A stretch of DNA of 64,000 bases, taken from the NCBI GenBank assembly GCA_965649765.1, contig OZ287760.1, forward strand, positions 29,202,001 to 29,266,000, given 5' to 3'. Source of the DNA: Bispira polyomma (Eukaryota). Positions 27,501 through 41,104 of the stretch are shown here, in pieces. Position 1 is the first letter of the stretch, and each line of letters starts with the position of its first letter. The position numbers and the translations under genes were made by a program. Below the pieces are notes generated by a model, which worked only from the letters and a program-made list of their open reading frames with translations, ran no database searches and was not told where the DNA came from.

Positions 27501-29584
27501 TAATGGTGTGTATTAAAGGGGAGTTGGCTTATGTAGTGTCGCGATTTTTCATTTTGACCGAGCGAAGTCAGTTATAGCAATTGTTAGAAATTAATAGGTA
27601 AATTTTACGCAATAAAAAAGTACATTTAAATAGGGTCTTTAGTTTAGAAAATTATGTATATATATGGTGTCATATCAGGTTATATACAATTGGGCACAAA
27701 AGTTAAAATCTATTGAACTCTCATCATCCTAAAGTAAAATAAAAATTGATTTGTGTATTACAGCAATATACTAAGGTTACAACTAAGTTTTATTGAAATA
27801 TTACCGACAGTGTAGTCCAGATAAAGCTTTAGTTTTTTAATCATCAAAATTATTTTACTTTGCAAACTAACATAAGGGGAAGCGATTGAGAAAGCTCTAG
27901 ATCAAACCTTCTTGGTGGGTTTAACAAAGGAAACAGAAGGTTTCTTTCCTCGATGTTACTAAAAGTAAAGACGAGAAGCAATGTAAGGGAGTTGTTGAGA
28001 GACAACAGCCCGAAAAGCCGCAACACGTACCTCAATCAGAACTCCATAAAAGAGGAAAAACTAAAATTTGTCCACTTAGTTTATTTTTAACTAAATATAT
28101 TGGGGCCATGGGTGCCTAGTCGTTAGAAGCGCCAGCATCATATTCACTGGCACCTTACCAATTGGTTCAAATCATTTTTGTTCCTTAACTGGGGGGCTTC
28201 AGCACTGAGGTGACTTTCACCATTAAATCTTGCCATCCAACCAAGATTGCTTCCAACCAATCCATGAAGGCCTTACATATTATTCCTAACATTGCGGCAA
28301 TATTAGGAAGCATAATGTTACCTTGACTGCTCTCAGTTTGGCTGGGTCGGTATACAGCGTTTTCCCAGATGGCCGCGCCATTTTCAAAATGGAAACAATG
28401 TTGATAACAATATTGATCCGAGTAAAGGCTAAATATATTTATTTTGGGGCTATGTGAACTCAATAAAAAATTGTACATAGCACATCAATCTCCCGACTTC
28501 CTGTATTTACCCGTATGTGTCTCTCTGCCTCCCTGCCATCGCCACCATGGTTTGGATGAAACAAGACCCCCTCCTTTTACCCCATCTCCCCTATCTCATA
28601 TTGAGGAGGAGGGGGAGAGGGAGGGGGCACTGGGGGTATGGTCATGTTTTTGGTGTGGGAAGGCCCCACAACACAACACAACAAGAGAGTAGGTGGGGGG
28701 GGGGGGGTTAAAATAAATTAAATTAAAATCTCTCCTGGGAGTCCACTGTGAGGCCATTGAGACCCATTAACTTTGAAATGTCTTTGAAGGTTGGAGCTGA
28801 AAACAAGATTTTAATGTGTTTAACATGAAACATTTTTTTTTATTCTACCCCAGTTTAAGGGGGGCAGATAGAACTGACCCCCCAAACCCCAGTGGTTGCA
28901 ATTCTCTTTTATGTTGGAAGGGGGGGGGAGGTATAGCTAGGGTATCTTGTGTTTCCTATATTTTTTGCTGTGTCTCTTCCTCTAAAAATAAAGGATAAAA
29001 TTCCCTTCATTATTTGTTGCAGTTTTTTTCTGTTGACAAAAAAAGAGAGAAGATTTTCACAATACACAAAAATTTAATTAGGAAAGTGTTTCACTGTTAT
29101 ATGTAGAGATACCTGGGGTTTCAAAAAAAATTGTAATTATCATAATAAGCAGAATTAATATGCACACACGTGCCCTTTAAGCAGCTCCTTTTTTGATTGG
29201 GATAGCATTAGGGGGTTGAGACAATTGAAGGTGGTGATTTAGGATGTGCCGTTTTGAAGGCTTTTTTTCTGAATGGGAACACATTCCTAGGTGCTAAGAC
29301 AATCAAATCTTTTGGGATGTTTCTTTTGACAGACTTCAGCTTGATCAATTGTAAAGCAGGCGCCACTAGCCAATTTTAAGATCGGGGAGGGGTTGGGGAT
29401 TCTAAGTTTGGCTGTCGATGTTACCCTGGACGAGTCCATCTTTATATGGATTATTCGTACTATTTGTATTCATATTTATACTCAGCACATATTTATCTAC
29501 TTGCATCTGGTATTTAGAGCGCTAATTACCCATTTCTTAACTGTAACAGTCAACTGCATCAGTTACTGTCATCCCCCCTAACTG

Positions 29585-29830
29585 AAGAGAAAGGCTTGAG
29601 GATGACCATTTTTCAAGTGTCCCAAAGGATCTTTAGTCTGCCAATGGGGATAGGACCCAGTGACAGAGGACCACCATTTTGAGTGGTCATCCGAGCCGCT
29701 AAGCAAAAGTGTGTACACATCTTGCCCAAGAAATTGAATTCTACGAATGAAACTAGTGGCCAGTACCAGGAGTAGAACCCAGGACTTTCTGATCATAAGA
29801 CCAACTCTCTAACCACTAGGCAACCAGGGG
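29585..29830 (-). mobile_element. SINE family D
   Basis: Antisense to the 34212-34528 copy (GGGCAAGATGTG, TAAAGATCCTT, TCATCCTCAAGC). Fragments also at ~17665-17720 and ~44820-44945. Confidence 0.7.
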
Positions 29831-29977
29831 GCCACCGGTTATACTCAAAAACAACCTTTACAGGCATACACTTATAGCAAGTTAAATCATGACATTAAAG
29901 CACAACTTTGTGTAGATTACATCAAGGTGTGCTTGAGCTAATATTGCTGTGCTGATTGGTTTGTTAGAGTAAACCTC

Positions 29978-30218
29978 GGGCCGCGGTGGCCTAGTGGTTA
30001 GCAAGCATTGCGCTTCCCAATCACTGGTCTCTTACCTCTGGAGTTCGAATCCTGTTGATGCCTATGTGGGAAAGGTGGTAGTTCCTTACTGTGGGCCGCT
30101 GGTTTCAGTGCAGAACCTTGATCAACTGTGTGCAGTGTTTCCTCCAGCGTTTCCAACTACCCGTCCCGATATAACCTAAACAGGTACTAGAGTGGAGGTT
30201 AAATATCCAAATTCAAAC
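29978..30218 (+). mobile_element. SINE family A, full length
   Basis: Near-identical to the 7787 copy. TSD TTAGAGTAAACCT at 29964-29976 and 30219-30231. Confidence 0.9.
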
Positions 30219-30799
30219 TTAGAGTAAACCTACCACTCAAGTTGTTCACGGCTATTCTAAAAACTTTTTTGGGAAACATCTTGCTGTCAGAAATCTATAA
30301 GAAATATGTAGAAATCTACATAATGTTCTAATGTTTAAACGTTCAATTCAAAAATCAAAAAATATTGTACCCTTAGTTTTGCGAATCATGCTCCTAGGGT
30401 GTGAAATGAGTTGCCTCACGGAATTCACTCTGGCACATCTCTAGCCTGTTTCAGACAAAACCTATCGGTTCACCAAGACAGTTCCAACTTTAGACGCTTC
30501 AGTTTTCCCGGCATCTCCATGGTGTGGACCTATGCCTGTCTAACAGATACACGAGCTATTATCATCATCTAAAGGTTATGTGCCTTACAATCATTTTCAG
30601 AGATTAGCCGCTATAAAAGTCTCTTATAATTAGCATAAGCTTTGTGTTTTGATCTGAGAAAATCAAGTCCTTGTTCTCTTTGGGCAAGTTCTGAAACAAG
30701 GTAAGATAGTTTTAGAGAAATAGCTTAAAAAGGACACCTAAAAACAATTCTAGGTTTAGTTTGAAATGTGTTAGCATATATTATTAGGTTTTTTATTAG

Positions 30800-32690
30800 A
30801 GCACTTTTTTCTAATAAAAACTCAATTTAAAGTGCTTTACAAAGACTAAAGACAGTTTAACTTAAAAACAGTTTTTAAAAAGGTAAGACTGTTTATCTAG
30901 GCCAAACAGGTAAGTTTTGAGTTTTTTCTTAAAAGAAACAACATTGTCCAGACTCCTAATGTGAAAAGGAAGGCAGTTCCAAATTTTTGGGGCAGATAGC
31001 TCAAAACATTTATCCCAATATCTATTGCGTCTCCTAGGAACATAAAACTGGAGTATATCGAAGGAACGAAGTGCTGAATTTGTTTTTCTGTATGGAGGAA
31101 GATAATCAGACAGATAGGAGGGAGAGGCCCCTCTGGTGGTATTGTACATCAAAACCAAGACTTTGAATACTATTCTTTTCCAAATGGGAAGCCAGTGAAG
31201 CTGGTGTAGAATGGCTTCGATACTTGAGTCCTGTGGTGCGTTATAAGCAATCCTTGCAGCTGCATGCTAAACATTTTGAAGTTTTCGCAGAAGACCCTTG
31301 CTAATACCAAGTAGCAGGCTATTGCAATAATCTAAACGTGACGTGGCATAGGCATGAATGAGGGACTTTGTGGCCTCCACTGTGAGAAATCTCCTGATTT
31401 TGGCAATGCTTCTAAGGTAAAAGAAAGTTGAAGAAACGTTTTGATGAAACCTTTTGATTTTTCCATTGTCATACCTCAATCAAATATTGCACCAAGATTT
31501 CTAGCATGTGTTTTACTGTCAGTGGGAAAATTGCCAACTGTTACTGAAATACACGGATGTTTCCTCAGAAAATATGGAGAAGCGAATACGAGTACTTCAG
31601 TTTTATCGTCATTTAACTTTAAAAGATTTGATAACATCCATTTCTTTATGTGCAGTAGCTGAGTGTCATCTGCATAACAGTGATGGTCAATAGCATGGCG
31701 AGTCGCAATTTCACCGACAGGGGCAGTATACATACTAAAAAGGATAGGACTGAGAACCCAACCCTGAGGGACACCAAAATGTAGTTGGATACTTGAAGAC
31801 CGAACAAGACCGAACAAGATGCTATGATCAATAGTATCAAAAGCAACACTGAGGTCTAACAAGACAAGTGCTGCCATTTGTTTGTTATTGAGAATTTTTA
31901 GTATATCACTCTGAACTTTGACCAGGGCTGTTTCTGTGGAGTGATATCAGCGGTAAGCTGAGTGCATTTTTGCATTGAGATTGTATGAATCTAAGTGATG
32001 TTTTAGGCGTTTGGCAACAATTTTCTCAATGATATTGGAAACAAAGTTCAAATTAGACACAGGACGGTAGTTCTTCATGTTTTCAGGATCCAAAGAAATC
32101 TTTTTAATAAGGGGTAATATAACTGCTCTCTTTATCTTATCAGGCACATAGGCTTGTTTCAGGGATAAATTTACAATATCCGTGATTGGTTGTAATACAA
32201 CATCCAAGCAGGACTTCAATAGAGATGTTGGTATAGGATCTAAGATACAAGTCGCATTTGAAGATGCCATGATGAGTTTGCAAATTTCCTCTGTGGTAGC
32301 AGGGGCAAAATCAGTCAAGTGTCCAGAACTATTCTCGCAGCCCAACTCACACAACAAGTCAGCTGTAGTGAGTCTGTGTATATCGGAATTGAGTGTATTT
32401 CTAATTTTGATTATTTTGTCCACAAAGAAGGTGTTGAAATTACCAGGTAATTTAATAGGCTCCATACTTGTGGGCAAAATGGGGTTGGAGCTCCAATTAA
32501 GGATTCTCTTGGCAACGCTAAAAAGTTTTCTTTTGTCCTTTGCTGTGGTCAAAACTTGAGATGAGAAAAACCCTCTTTTTGCATCTTTCATTAGATAGTT
32601 TAAAAATTGAGTTTGGTTTTTCAAGCGATCATAGTCAGAATGCAAGCCAGATTTTTTCCAGGCTCTTTCATATCTGCGTTATTACACTCC
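30800..32690 (-). mobile_element. 5'-truncated, decayed non-LTR retrotransposon (L2/CR1 group) ORF2: reverse transcriptase and C-terminus
   Basis: Broken ORFs 31947-32645, 31476-31877, 31267-31479 and 30862-31158 carry NYRPVSNLNFVSNIIEKIV, LDLSVAFDTIDH, GVPQG, YADDTQL, RLDYCNSLL, APKIWNCLP and FKKKLKTYLF. Frameshifts, stops and internal deletions; no endonuclease or ORF1. Confidence 0.92.
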
Positions 32691-32876
32691 CGGCCTTTTC
32701 TTGTATATAGAACTGGAAAAATGTAGAACTTTTGGCAAGGATTAACAAACAAGACTATGCAAATACATGTGTACTGGATAAGGGACAAATAAAGCTTTAA
32801 TATCTATCTAGCATTGCCTCAACGCAGGCATCCCCATCGCCAAAATAATAAAATTGACCATCGATTCCCAACAGTC

Positions 32877-33107
32877 AAAGGTGACCTAGTCATTAGAAGC
32901 GCCTGCTTCACCACCACGGGTCTGTCACCAATTTGGGTTTGAAGCCCTTTCTGTCCAGCGTGTGGGAAAGTTTGTCAGGTATATGCTCCAGATTGGTGGT
33001 TTACGGTGGCTTCATCACTGATTTCTTACACCATAAAATCTAGCAGTCATGTGATATGACCTAAGCAGTTGGAAGCGATGTAAAACCCAACTAAATACCA
33101 ATTCAAA
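32877..33107 (+). mobile_element. SINE family B
   Basis: Head, GTGGGAAAGTTTGTCAGGTA core and GATATGACCTAAGCAGTTGGAAGCGATGTAAAACCCAACTAAA tail. Confidence 0.8.
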
Positions 33108-33760
33108 TACTGGAGATAAACAATATACAAAAGATTACATTATATCAAAAATGGAAATTAGCTTATTTTTAATTCAATTTGAAAGATTGTATGTTGAGGA
33201 AGGCTGTGGAATATAATAAAGGCGGCTCATATATTTACATTTGTAATTTTCCCATCCCATTCAACTTCAGTGGTTAGCTTTTAACTACAAGTGACGGCTT
33301 TTATTTGCTTTTTGTCAGTATATGTTATCTAATTAAATTGTTAAAAACCTCGATTTTACAAATTGAATCATACACGTTTAAGTGTTATATGGAGATTTGT
33401 AATATCATTCAGTCCAAATATATTAACTTGGTGCCTCAGTTCTGAAACATCTTTCTCTGATCTCGCTTTGACCTTGGATTTTTGCGTTGTTTTCAACAGA
33501 TTTATATATTGTGATGATCACATTTAATGGTGGAAAAAATCCAGTGCTAAAGCACTGTAAACCACCAATGTATCATAAGTACGAAACAAGTAACACAGAA
33601 AATGTGTGTATCAGTCACAACGAATTTAAGTTTAGTTGGGTTTTAAGTCGATTTCAACTGCTGAGGTCAAATCATGACGGCCAGGTTTAACTGTGTAAGA
33701 AGCCAGTGCTGACTGGGTGTTTCAAAATTATAAAACATCAGCATCTTATTGTTATTAGAA

Positions 33761-33975
33761 GGCTGCAGTGTGACCTAGTGGTTAGATATACCTGCTTCAC
33801 AATCCCTGGCCTCCCAACAATAGAGGTTCCTACATGTGTGGCAAAGTTTGTCCAGTATTAACCATATGCCAATGACTTTGCAGTGGCTTCAGGACTGGTT
33901 TTTTTCCACCATTGAATCTGTCCGTCGTGATATGACCTAAGCTGTTGAAAGCACCATAAAAACACAACTAAAACT
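33761..33975 (+). mobile_element. SINE family B (antisense fragments also at ~33520-33715)
   Basis: Similarity to the other family-B copies. Confidence 0.75.
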
Positions 33976-34211
33976 AGCTAAATATATACAACACAATAAA
34001 ATGTGTCTAGTCTGAGTATAATAGTATAAACCTACTCTACCCTTAAATTGCCACTTGAATGTATAATTTACAGATTTTAAGGTAAACAATTGATAAATTA
34101 TGTGTAGTACCTTTTTATTAAAATAGTATAGATCTAAAGCGGGAAGATTATTGTTTTGTACTATATTCATAAACTTTCAGCAAAATTTTACTGTGTTATA
34201 TCTATGTTCAG

Positions 34212-34528
34212 CTATGGTCCAGTGGTTTGGTTGTTGGTCTGATGATCAGAAGGTCCCTGGTTCTATTCCCGGACGCTCGTTTCATTTGGTGGGATAACAT
34301 CCCTGGGCAAGATGTGAACACAAGTTTGTCCAGTGGCGTAGATGCCCACTTAAAATGGTAGTTCTCTGTCATATCTCCAGTGGTAGATTAAAGATCCTTG
34401 GGGACGTTGATAAATAGTCATCCTCAAGCATGCCTCGGCACCCATAGTGGCTGCCCATGAGGAAGCGCATTTGAAACGGTTCTGTGTTGTATAAGCGCGT
34501 TATAACAAATGGCCTATTTCATTTCATC
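34212..34528 (+). mobile_element. SINE family D
   Basis: tRNA-like head (GGTCCAGTGG...GGTTCTATTCC) and body shared with the 29585-29830 copy; LINE-like tail ending ATTTCATTTC. Confidence 0.7.
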
Positions 34529-36311
34529 CAACCTATGTATGCCAGAATATTCGTAAAATAGAATCAATGTACTGTTTATAATCTTGAGTATCGCCAGCCA
34601 TAAGCTTTGTGTGTTGTATCTCTCAAAACCAACATACTGTAATCGGTTTATCGAAAAATGAAGTATCTATGGAGAGATTTCTGGCACTTCCAATAGCATA
34701 TAATCTGTTGATCATAATGTTCTTGCCAGACGATATAATGTCAGCACATCTTATGATGTACTCGCGAGCCGTACCATTCGAGGCTTCAAATGTCAGTAAC
34801 GATATTTTGAAATCACTTCTTTGCTTGACAGGTAACCCATTGTAGCTCACAACAAATGTGACATATCCGACCGTGTTTGGGACTTAATGTGATGATGAGT
34901 CTTGCTGCATGGTTGGGCGAAAAGTGTTACTTAATTAGTTTGAATTTACTTAACTTAACTACATGAGATAATTATATGCGCACACATGCTTTTATTTAGT
35001 GATATTGTATAAATTAAATATTAAACTAGCCAAAACCACAGGTGTGTAAATTGATACATGAATACCTTAGGCTACCACCAAAAGGGAATGCCAACTAAAA
35101 ATAAGTACTTTATAAATAATCTTCTGCAACTTTAAACTGTTGTTTATTTACCCATCCCCCTGAAACCCCACCCCCTGCAAACTAGCTGATTAAATATGAA
35201 AAGAAGCAAAATAAATGTTACTCACTCGATTTACATATTACATTTAACAGGTTAACCTTTCTTCCCTACTTGAGATTACCCATCCACTATAAACTAAAAT
35301 AATAATTGACATAGGAAATACACTACCAATTTTTTTGATGATAAGTGGCCAATAAAAATCACTTCTCCCTCCATCTTATATATGCACACATTATATCGAG
35401 ACACACGACCACACATATATATTTATATTTAAATAAGAGAGAGACGGGGTATAATGTAATAAATTAATGTGTCTGTGTGTCTGTGTTTTTATAAACAGCT
35501 AAACTAGATAATGATAATACTTTGCAACATCTTCTTTCACAAAATCACTGAAAAAGAGGTTGAAAAAAAGGAGGTGAGATTCTGGCTGGGCTGCAATTTT
35601 CCCCCCAATTTGGCCAAATTTACCATGTAATCAGCAACTCACTTAGCCAATAAATTATGAGACCCAACAATCTCCCCTCACAAAAGTACACACATATATA
35701 TATATATGATTACTAATGTTAATGTAAATTGTGTGTAAGTGTGTCTTGGTAATTTCCTTTATTATTACTTATTTTTTCCTATATTTAATTTTCACCAATT
35801 ATCTCAGTATGGTGGTAATGTGCTACTTGTCTGAATGGATGTATATGCACACATACATATCTTATGTGTATACCTCTCTAAACTTCTTTGCAGACATTGT
35901 GGTTTTCAAACCAGATGGTATCCTATCGTATTTAAGTTATAAACTTAACCAGTGATCAGGCATTGTGTTTAAAACTCACTTGTATACGGGGGATTATAAC
36001 CTCTACTTGTGACCATTCGTTTTAATAGAGCTTTCAACGCTGAATTCAAATATGCTGTCTGATTCCCCCCCACCCCCCCTTTAAGAATTTATACGGATAC
36101 CTTAAATTTAAGCTTAATTTTGGGACCAAATGAGTGGGACCCCCTTTTTATATATAATATATCTATCAGGTTTGAAAAGTCATCATTTCCAACTCAGTTG
36201 GATGCTTTATTTCACTAGAAGATCCCATTTTGGGGGTTTATAGAATTAGCCTGCAAAAAAGGGTTGTGATTGCATTTCTAGAATTGTCACAGATCTCAAA
36301 TTTAATCATGA

Positions 36312-36542
36312 ACTTAGTTGATTATTTGCGTCGCTTTCAACAGCTTAGGTCATTATTATTGCGACAGCCAGATTTACGGGGGTGGAAGAAACCAGTGCTG
36401 AAGCCACCATAAACCACTATCCAACAGCAAGTACCTGACAAACTTTTACACATGAAGGAACAAACGGGGTTAAAACCCACCAAATGTGGGAGGTCAGTGA
36501 TTCTGCTGAAGCAGACACTTCTTGCCACTAGGCCACTGTGGC
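36312..36542 (-). mobile_element. SINE family B
   Basis: Antisense near-full-length match. Confidence 0.8.
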
Positions 36543-36874
36543 ATATTAATAGGCCGTACTATAATATATTGCTATGATTCTCTTCACAAGTAAATATCTG
36601 GATATGAGAAGATTTTGAAAGTGGTGCCATGAAACAAAATAAAGAAATGTGGTATAAAATGTGGATGGGATAAAATTACCACAAAATGTACATGTACCAG
36701 TTCCTTACGTACAAATGCTACAGTTGGGAACCACCAACTGAGTCATGGTCAAAGTCCAACAAAACCTTTTAGCGAGCCTAAACATGTAGAACTATGTTCT
36801 TGTGTAACATATTATTATCCAGGTCGTGATCTAATTAGGCCAACTGGGTCACACTGTCAAAGCCAACACAACCT

Positions 36875-37021
36875 TTAACTGCCTAAAACAAGCATTTGAC
36901 TCGTTTAACTACCTAACGCAAACATTTGACTCATTTAACTACCTCACAAAATCATTTGACTCGTTTAACGACCCAACACAAGCACTTGACTCATTTGATG
37001 ACCTACCACAAGCATTCAACT
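36875..37021. repeat. 30-bp minisatellite, about 4.5 units
   Basis: Unit CAAGCATTTGACTCGTTTAACTACCTAACG repeated at 30-bp period from 36889. Confidence 0.85.
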
Positions 37022-37698
37022 GAGTAAAACTATTATGGTGTACACAATAAATATCTAGGTCATGAGCTAATTATGCTAATGTGTGGTATATTAATTAAGG
37101 CTTTTTTTTAAATTTTCAATCTAAAAACATGAGCCTCAAAAAAGACTACATTTTTTAATATCTTTCAAAAGGAAAAAAAAAACTAATCCCTTATCTGTCG
37201 CTGCATAAAGTAGATATATATTACACTGCTCAAATTAATTATATTTAAAATGCTTTACGGTCGATGAATTACTTTTGTTAATACGATAAATAGGATAGGA
37301 AGAGAGGGAGAGAGAGAGGGGGGTATATATATCTGAAATGTAATGATTTAAGATTTATTAAAATTCACACAGTGTCTGAAGGTGTGAGGGTGTTATATTA
37401 GAATACAATAGACTTGAGACATATCTCTGACTGGGGGTACATAAATAATTTAATGCCAGAACCTTTTGTCCTTTCACCACTATTCTTGCATTATCTGATT
37501 TTACCAACAGTCCATTTTTTAGTGACATCCAAGATAATAGTTTTAAAAAGGAGACCTCGGTTGTGCAGGGATAAACACGCTTGTCTTCGTCCTGGATTCA
37601 AATCTCGAAAGAAACAGCTAGTATGTTGTAAAGTTGACATTTGTGGTTTGGAGTTTGAAAACTTTGTTGATTTTTGTCCAGTAGCCATTAATCTAGCT

Positions 37699-37948
37699 TT
37701 GAATTTGGATATTTAACGTCCACTCTAGTACCTTTTAGTAGGTTATATTGGAACGGGTAGTTGGAAACGCTGGAGGAAACACTGCATACAGTCGGTCAAG
37801 GTTCTGCACTGAAACCAGCGGCCCACAGTAAGGAACTACCACCTTTCTCACATAGGCATCGACGGGATTCGAACTCACGCCGCCCAGAGGTGAGAGACCA
37901 GTGATTGTGAAGCGCAATGCTTGTTAACCACTAGGCCACCGCGGCCCC
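37699..37948 (-). mobile_element. SINE family A, full length
   Basis: Reverse complement of family A. TSD CCATTAA(T/G)CTAGCT at 37685-37698 and 37950-37963. Confidence 0.9.
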
Positions 37949-38280
37949 TCCATTAAGCTAGCTGTCATGATGTTAAATATTATGGTATTGAATTTGAATT
38001 TATATTTTTGAGTTTAACATCTCTGTAGACATATTGTGACAGCAGCCAGATTTATTGGTTGGAAGGACACACCAGTATTATATGTGTACTGTAAACCAAA
38101 GTGACCTGGTCACATTTTCCCACACGAAGGGATCAGTGTGGGAGTCCAAACCTCCACTGGCATCAGTGCTACAGGTGAGAGGTTAGTGATAAGAAGGTAG
38201 ATGCTTAGAACCACTAGATCACGTCTGCTTCTACATGCTCTCATAGAGTTGACAGTAGGGACTTATTACTGAAGGCCAGT

Positions 38281-38390
38281 GGGTTACAGTCCAAAAATCT
38301 TGACCAATAAAACTGCCCGTCGCGATAATAATAATTGGGTTACAGTCCAAAAATCTCCACCAATAAAACTTCCCGTCATCATAATAATCC
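38281..38390. repeat. ~56-bp tandem duplication
   Basis: GGGTTACAGTCCAAAAATCT...CCAATAAAACT.CCCGTC..ATAAT occurs twice. Confidence 0.8.
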
Positions 38391-38496
38391 AAAGTGTTAC
38401 AAGGGATGATAAAAACCTTACCTTAACTAAAAGAAAGATCTGAGCGTGCTGTATGGCATCGGCAAGCATTTACAGCATTTACTGTGATCTCTGTCT

Positions 38497-38834
38497 CCTA
38501 GCGGTGTGTCAGAGTGTCAGACGTTATATCTGAGGGTCGCGGTTCAATCTTCGCTGCTGGTCTGGTGATAATATTCTTGGACAAGGTACTTTAAACAAAG
38601 TCATATCCCTCTCTACCCATGTGTATAAATGGGTACCTGGGTGCTAATGGGTGTTAGTCTTTGATGCGCCAAATGTGACAGCACGGCAAGTATGCTTCCT
38701 AAGGGAGCTGAGACTAAACAATTGGTTGACAAGTAGAAGAACCCAGGCTGGGGTAATAATGTTAAAGCGCATTACATAACAGTGATATTCATGACTGTGC
38801 TATATCAAATGATAATTATTTGTGTTATTATAAT
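38497..38834 (+). mobile_element. SINE family C
   Basis: Head, central block and an alternative tail ending in TTA repeats. Confidence 0.8.
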
Positions 38835-39126
38835 AACTAAAGCCACCAACAAAAACAAATATGTGTCCCAATTCCAGAGGATACAATTTTTGAGGTTGTT
38901 ACAAATTCCACCTCCCCTTACCAAAAAAAGCCACTCATTCGACGTTATTATGAGTGGTGCATGTATGATTAAAAAGCAAAAATCTCTAGTGCTGACAAAA
39001 CAAACAAATTATCAATTACATCCACTGTGAAGTTGGGCATTGGGTTTGATGCAGGCACACATATATTTCCCATATTGTTGTTTGCTCTAGTTTTTCGAGG
39101 GAAGTAAGTAGCCTGGCACTATAGTG

Positions 39127-39286
39127 AATTTGAATTTAGATATTTAACGTCCACTCTAGTACCTGTTTAGGTTATATTGGGATGGGTACACAGTAAGGAA
39201 CTACAGTAAGGAACTACCACCTTTCCCACATAGGCATTGGCGGGATTCGAACTCACTCCGCCCAGAGGTGAGAAACCAGTGATTGT
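39127..39286 (-). mobile_element. SINE family A, 5'-truncated with internal deletion
   Basis: Lacks the A-box head and carries a private deletion/duplication (GGGTACACAGTAAGGAACTACAGTAAGGAACTACC). TSD GCCTGGCACTATAGTG at 39111-39126 and 39287-39302. Confidence 0.88.
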
Positions 39287-40299
39287 GCCTGGCACTATAG
39301 TGTCTAATTCAAAAGGTGAAATATGGAATGCCAATCTGAGGGGAGTCAGATTAATATTATCATGTGTTCTCTGCTTGATATAGCCGCCATGTTGGAAATA
39401 ATATGTACAGCCTTCATATATCGTTTGGCAGCAATCGACTCGGACAAACACTGTGCGCCGATGTCTTTTTTAACGACAACACTTGTTTTACAATATACTC
39501 CATAAGCATGGAAAAATTAACCAGTGGTATGTTTAATTTTATTTATTTTCCTGCTGCTTCAGGGATAATAATACATTTTGTCTTCTATGTTCAATATTTC
39601 CCATACTTTATGCACCTAATACCAAAGGAACTCTTACCAGAATTTTACCTCGGCCAGTCATTGTGCAAGTTTCTAAAATATATTAGATGTGCTTTCAATA
39701 AATTACTTTTTGGCCCATGCCCCAACTTGCGAAGTAGGTTTTGTGAGTTGAATTTAGTTGCATTTTATGGCGCTTTCAACAGCTTAGGTCATATTCCAAT
39801 GGCATGAATTAATGGTGGGAGAAACTAGTGCTGAAGCCACTGTGTAAACCACCGACCCTGCAGCAAGTATATCTTGACAAAACATAATTCAAGCTGCTGA
39901 AAGAGACATCAAACTAATTTTAAATGCCTCTGACCTCTGCAACATCAACCTACCATCTAATATTGAATGCATCATTAAAATTCCAAATAATTCCAATTTG
40001 GGTTTAAAACTGAAGAAACTTCCTACAAGGGCATCTCTTTTTCTAACACCCTTGGCAATATGGTAAAAGGGCTCATGAAGGGCCCCCATTTTGTGAGGAG
40101 AAGAGACAGATATAATTTATTTCCTCCTATATGTCTTCTCGGGGTCTTTTTGATGTGAGATATAATGTCTCACTTGTTGCTTTCCAAGCCTGATTCATCT
40201 GTTCTCTCCATTTGTACCAGTCGGTTACACCGCCCTGGCAAACCAATAACTCTCTACCTAGTCTTATTTGGGGCTCTATGAACAAATGTGCTAATCTGT

Positions 40300-40750
40300 G
40301 TGTAACACACTTTTCTCAAAAGGCTCCATTGGCTACCTCTCAAGTACCACATCAATGTTACTACATACAAAGCTGTAAATCTATATTAGCCCCCATATCT
40401 TGCATTACTGTTGTGTTTCAGCAGGCTTACCAGGGGAAACATAATGTTTTTGTCTCTGATACTACCTGTTTATAGTAAACAGATTGGATCCCATGCTCTC
40501 TATGTTGCAGCACCTACCCTATGGAATAATTTACCAACCAATATACAATCCCAGGAAACACTCTCCGACCTAAGAAGTAACCCTGCCCATCTCTTCTCCC
40601 TTGTTTACCCTCCATAGACATCTTTCTCCTCCAAGTCACCCCGATTAGGAATTTGCTTTAGAAATTTTTTACAACTTTATCAATGATGTTGCGCTTTAAA
40701 AGATGCCCGACATCAATTAGGTGCGTTAAAAATCTATCCTATCATATCAT
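40300..40750 (+). mobile_element. L2-type LINE 3' fragment
   Basis: Degenerate xLHWLP...AAPTLWNNLP coding remnants plus a 3'UTR shared with 54640-55070 (+) and 40915-41100 (-). Confidence 0.75.
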
Positions 40751-41104
40751 GTGAGCTAGATGACCTTGATTTTTCATTAGCTTAAAGGTGTAGTGACATG
40801 ATATATGAAATATATAACTGAATGTTTACCCTCTTGATGAGTATTGCACAGTTGAAATTGTTACCGTATGAATGTATCGTATTAATCTAGCACCTCTGAT
40901 ACCAGGGTGATCAGGGCGACATGGAGGAGAAAGATGTCTATAGAGGGTAAGCGAGGGAGAAGAGATGGGTATTAAGGTTACTTCTAAAGCCCGAAAGCGT
41001 TTCTTGAGATCTTATATTGGTTTGTAAATTATTCCATAGGGTAAGTGTTGCAACAGAGAAGGCATAGGATCCAATCTGTTTACTAGTCCTGGTATCAGAG
41101 GTAT

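Noticed and set aside
36875-37021. Regularly spaced ~30-bp repeats resembling a CRISPR array
   Set aside because: Contiguous tandem units without unique spacers, eukaryotic context and no cas genes.
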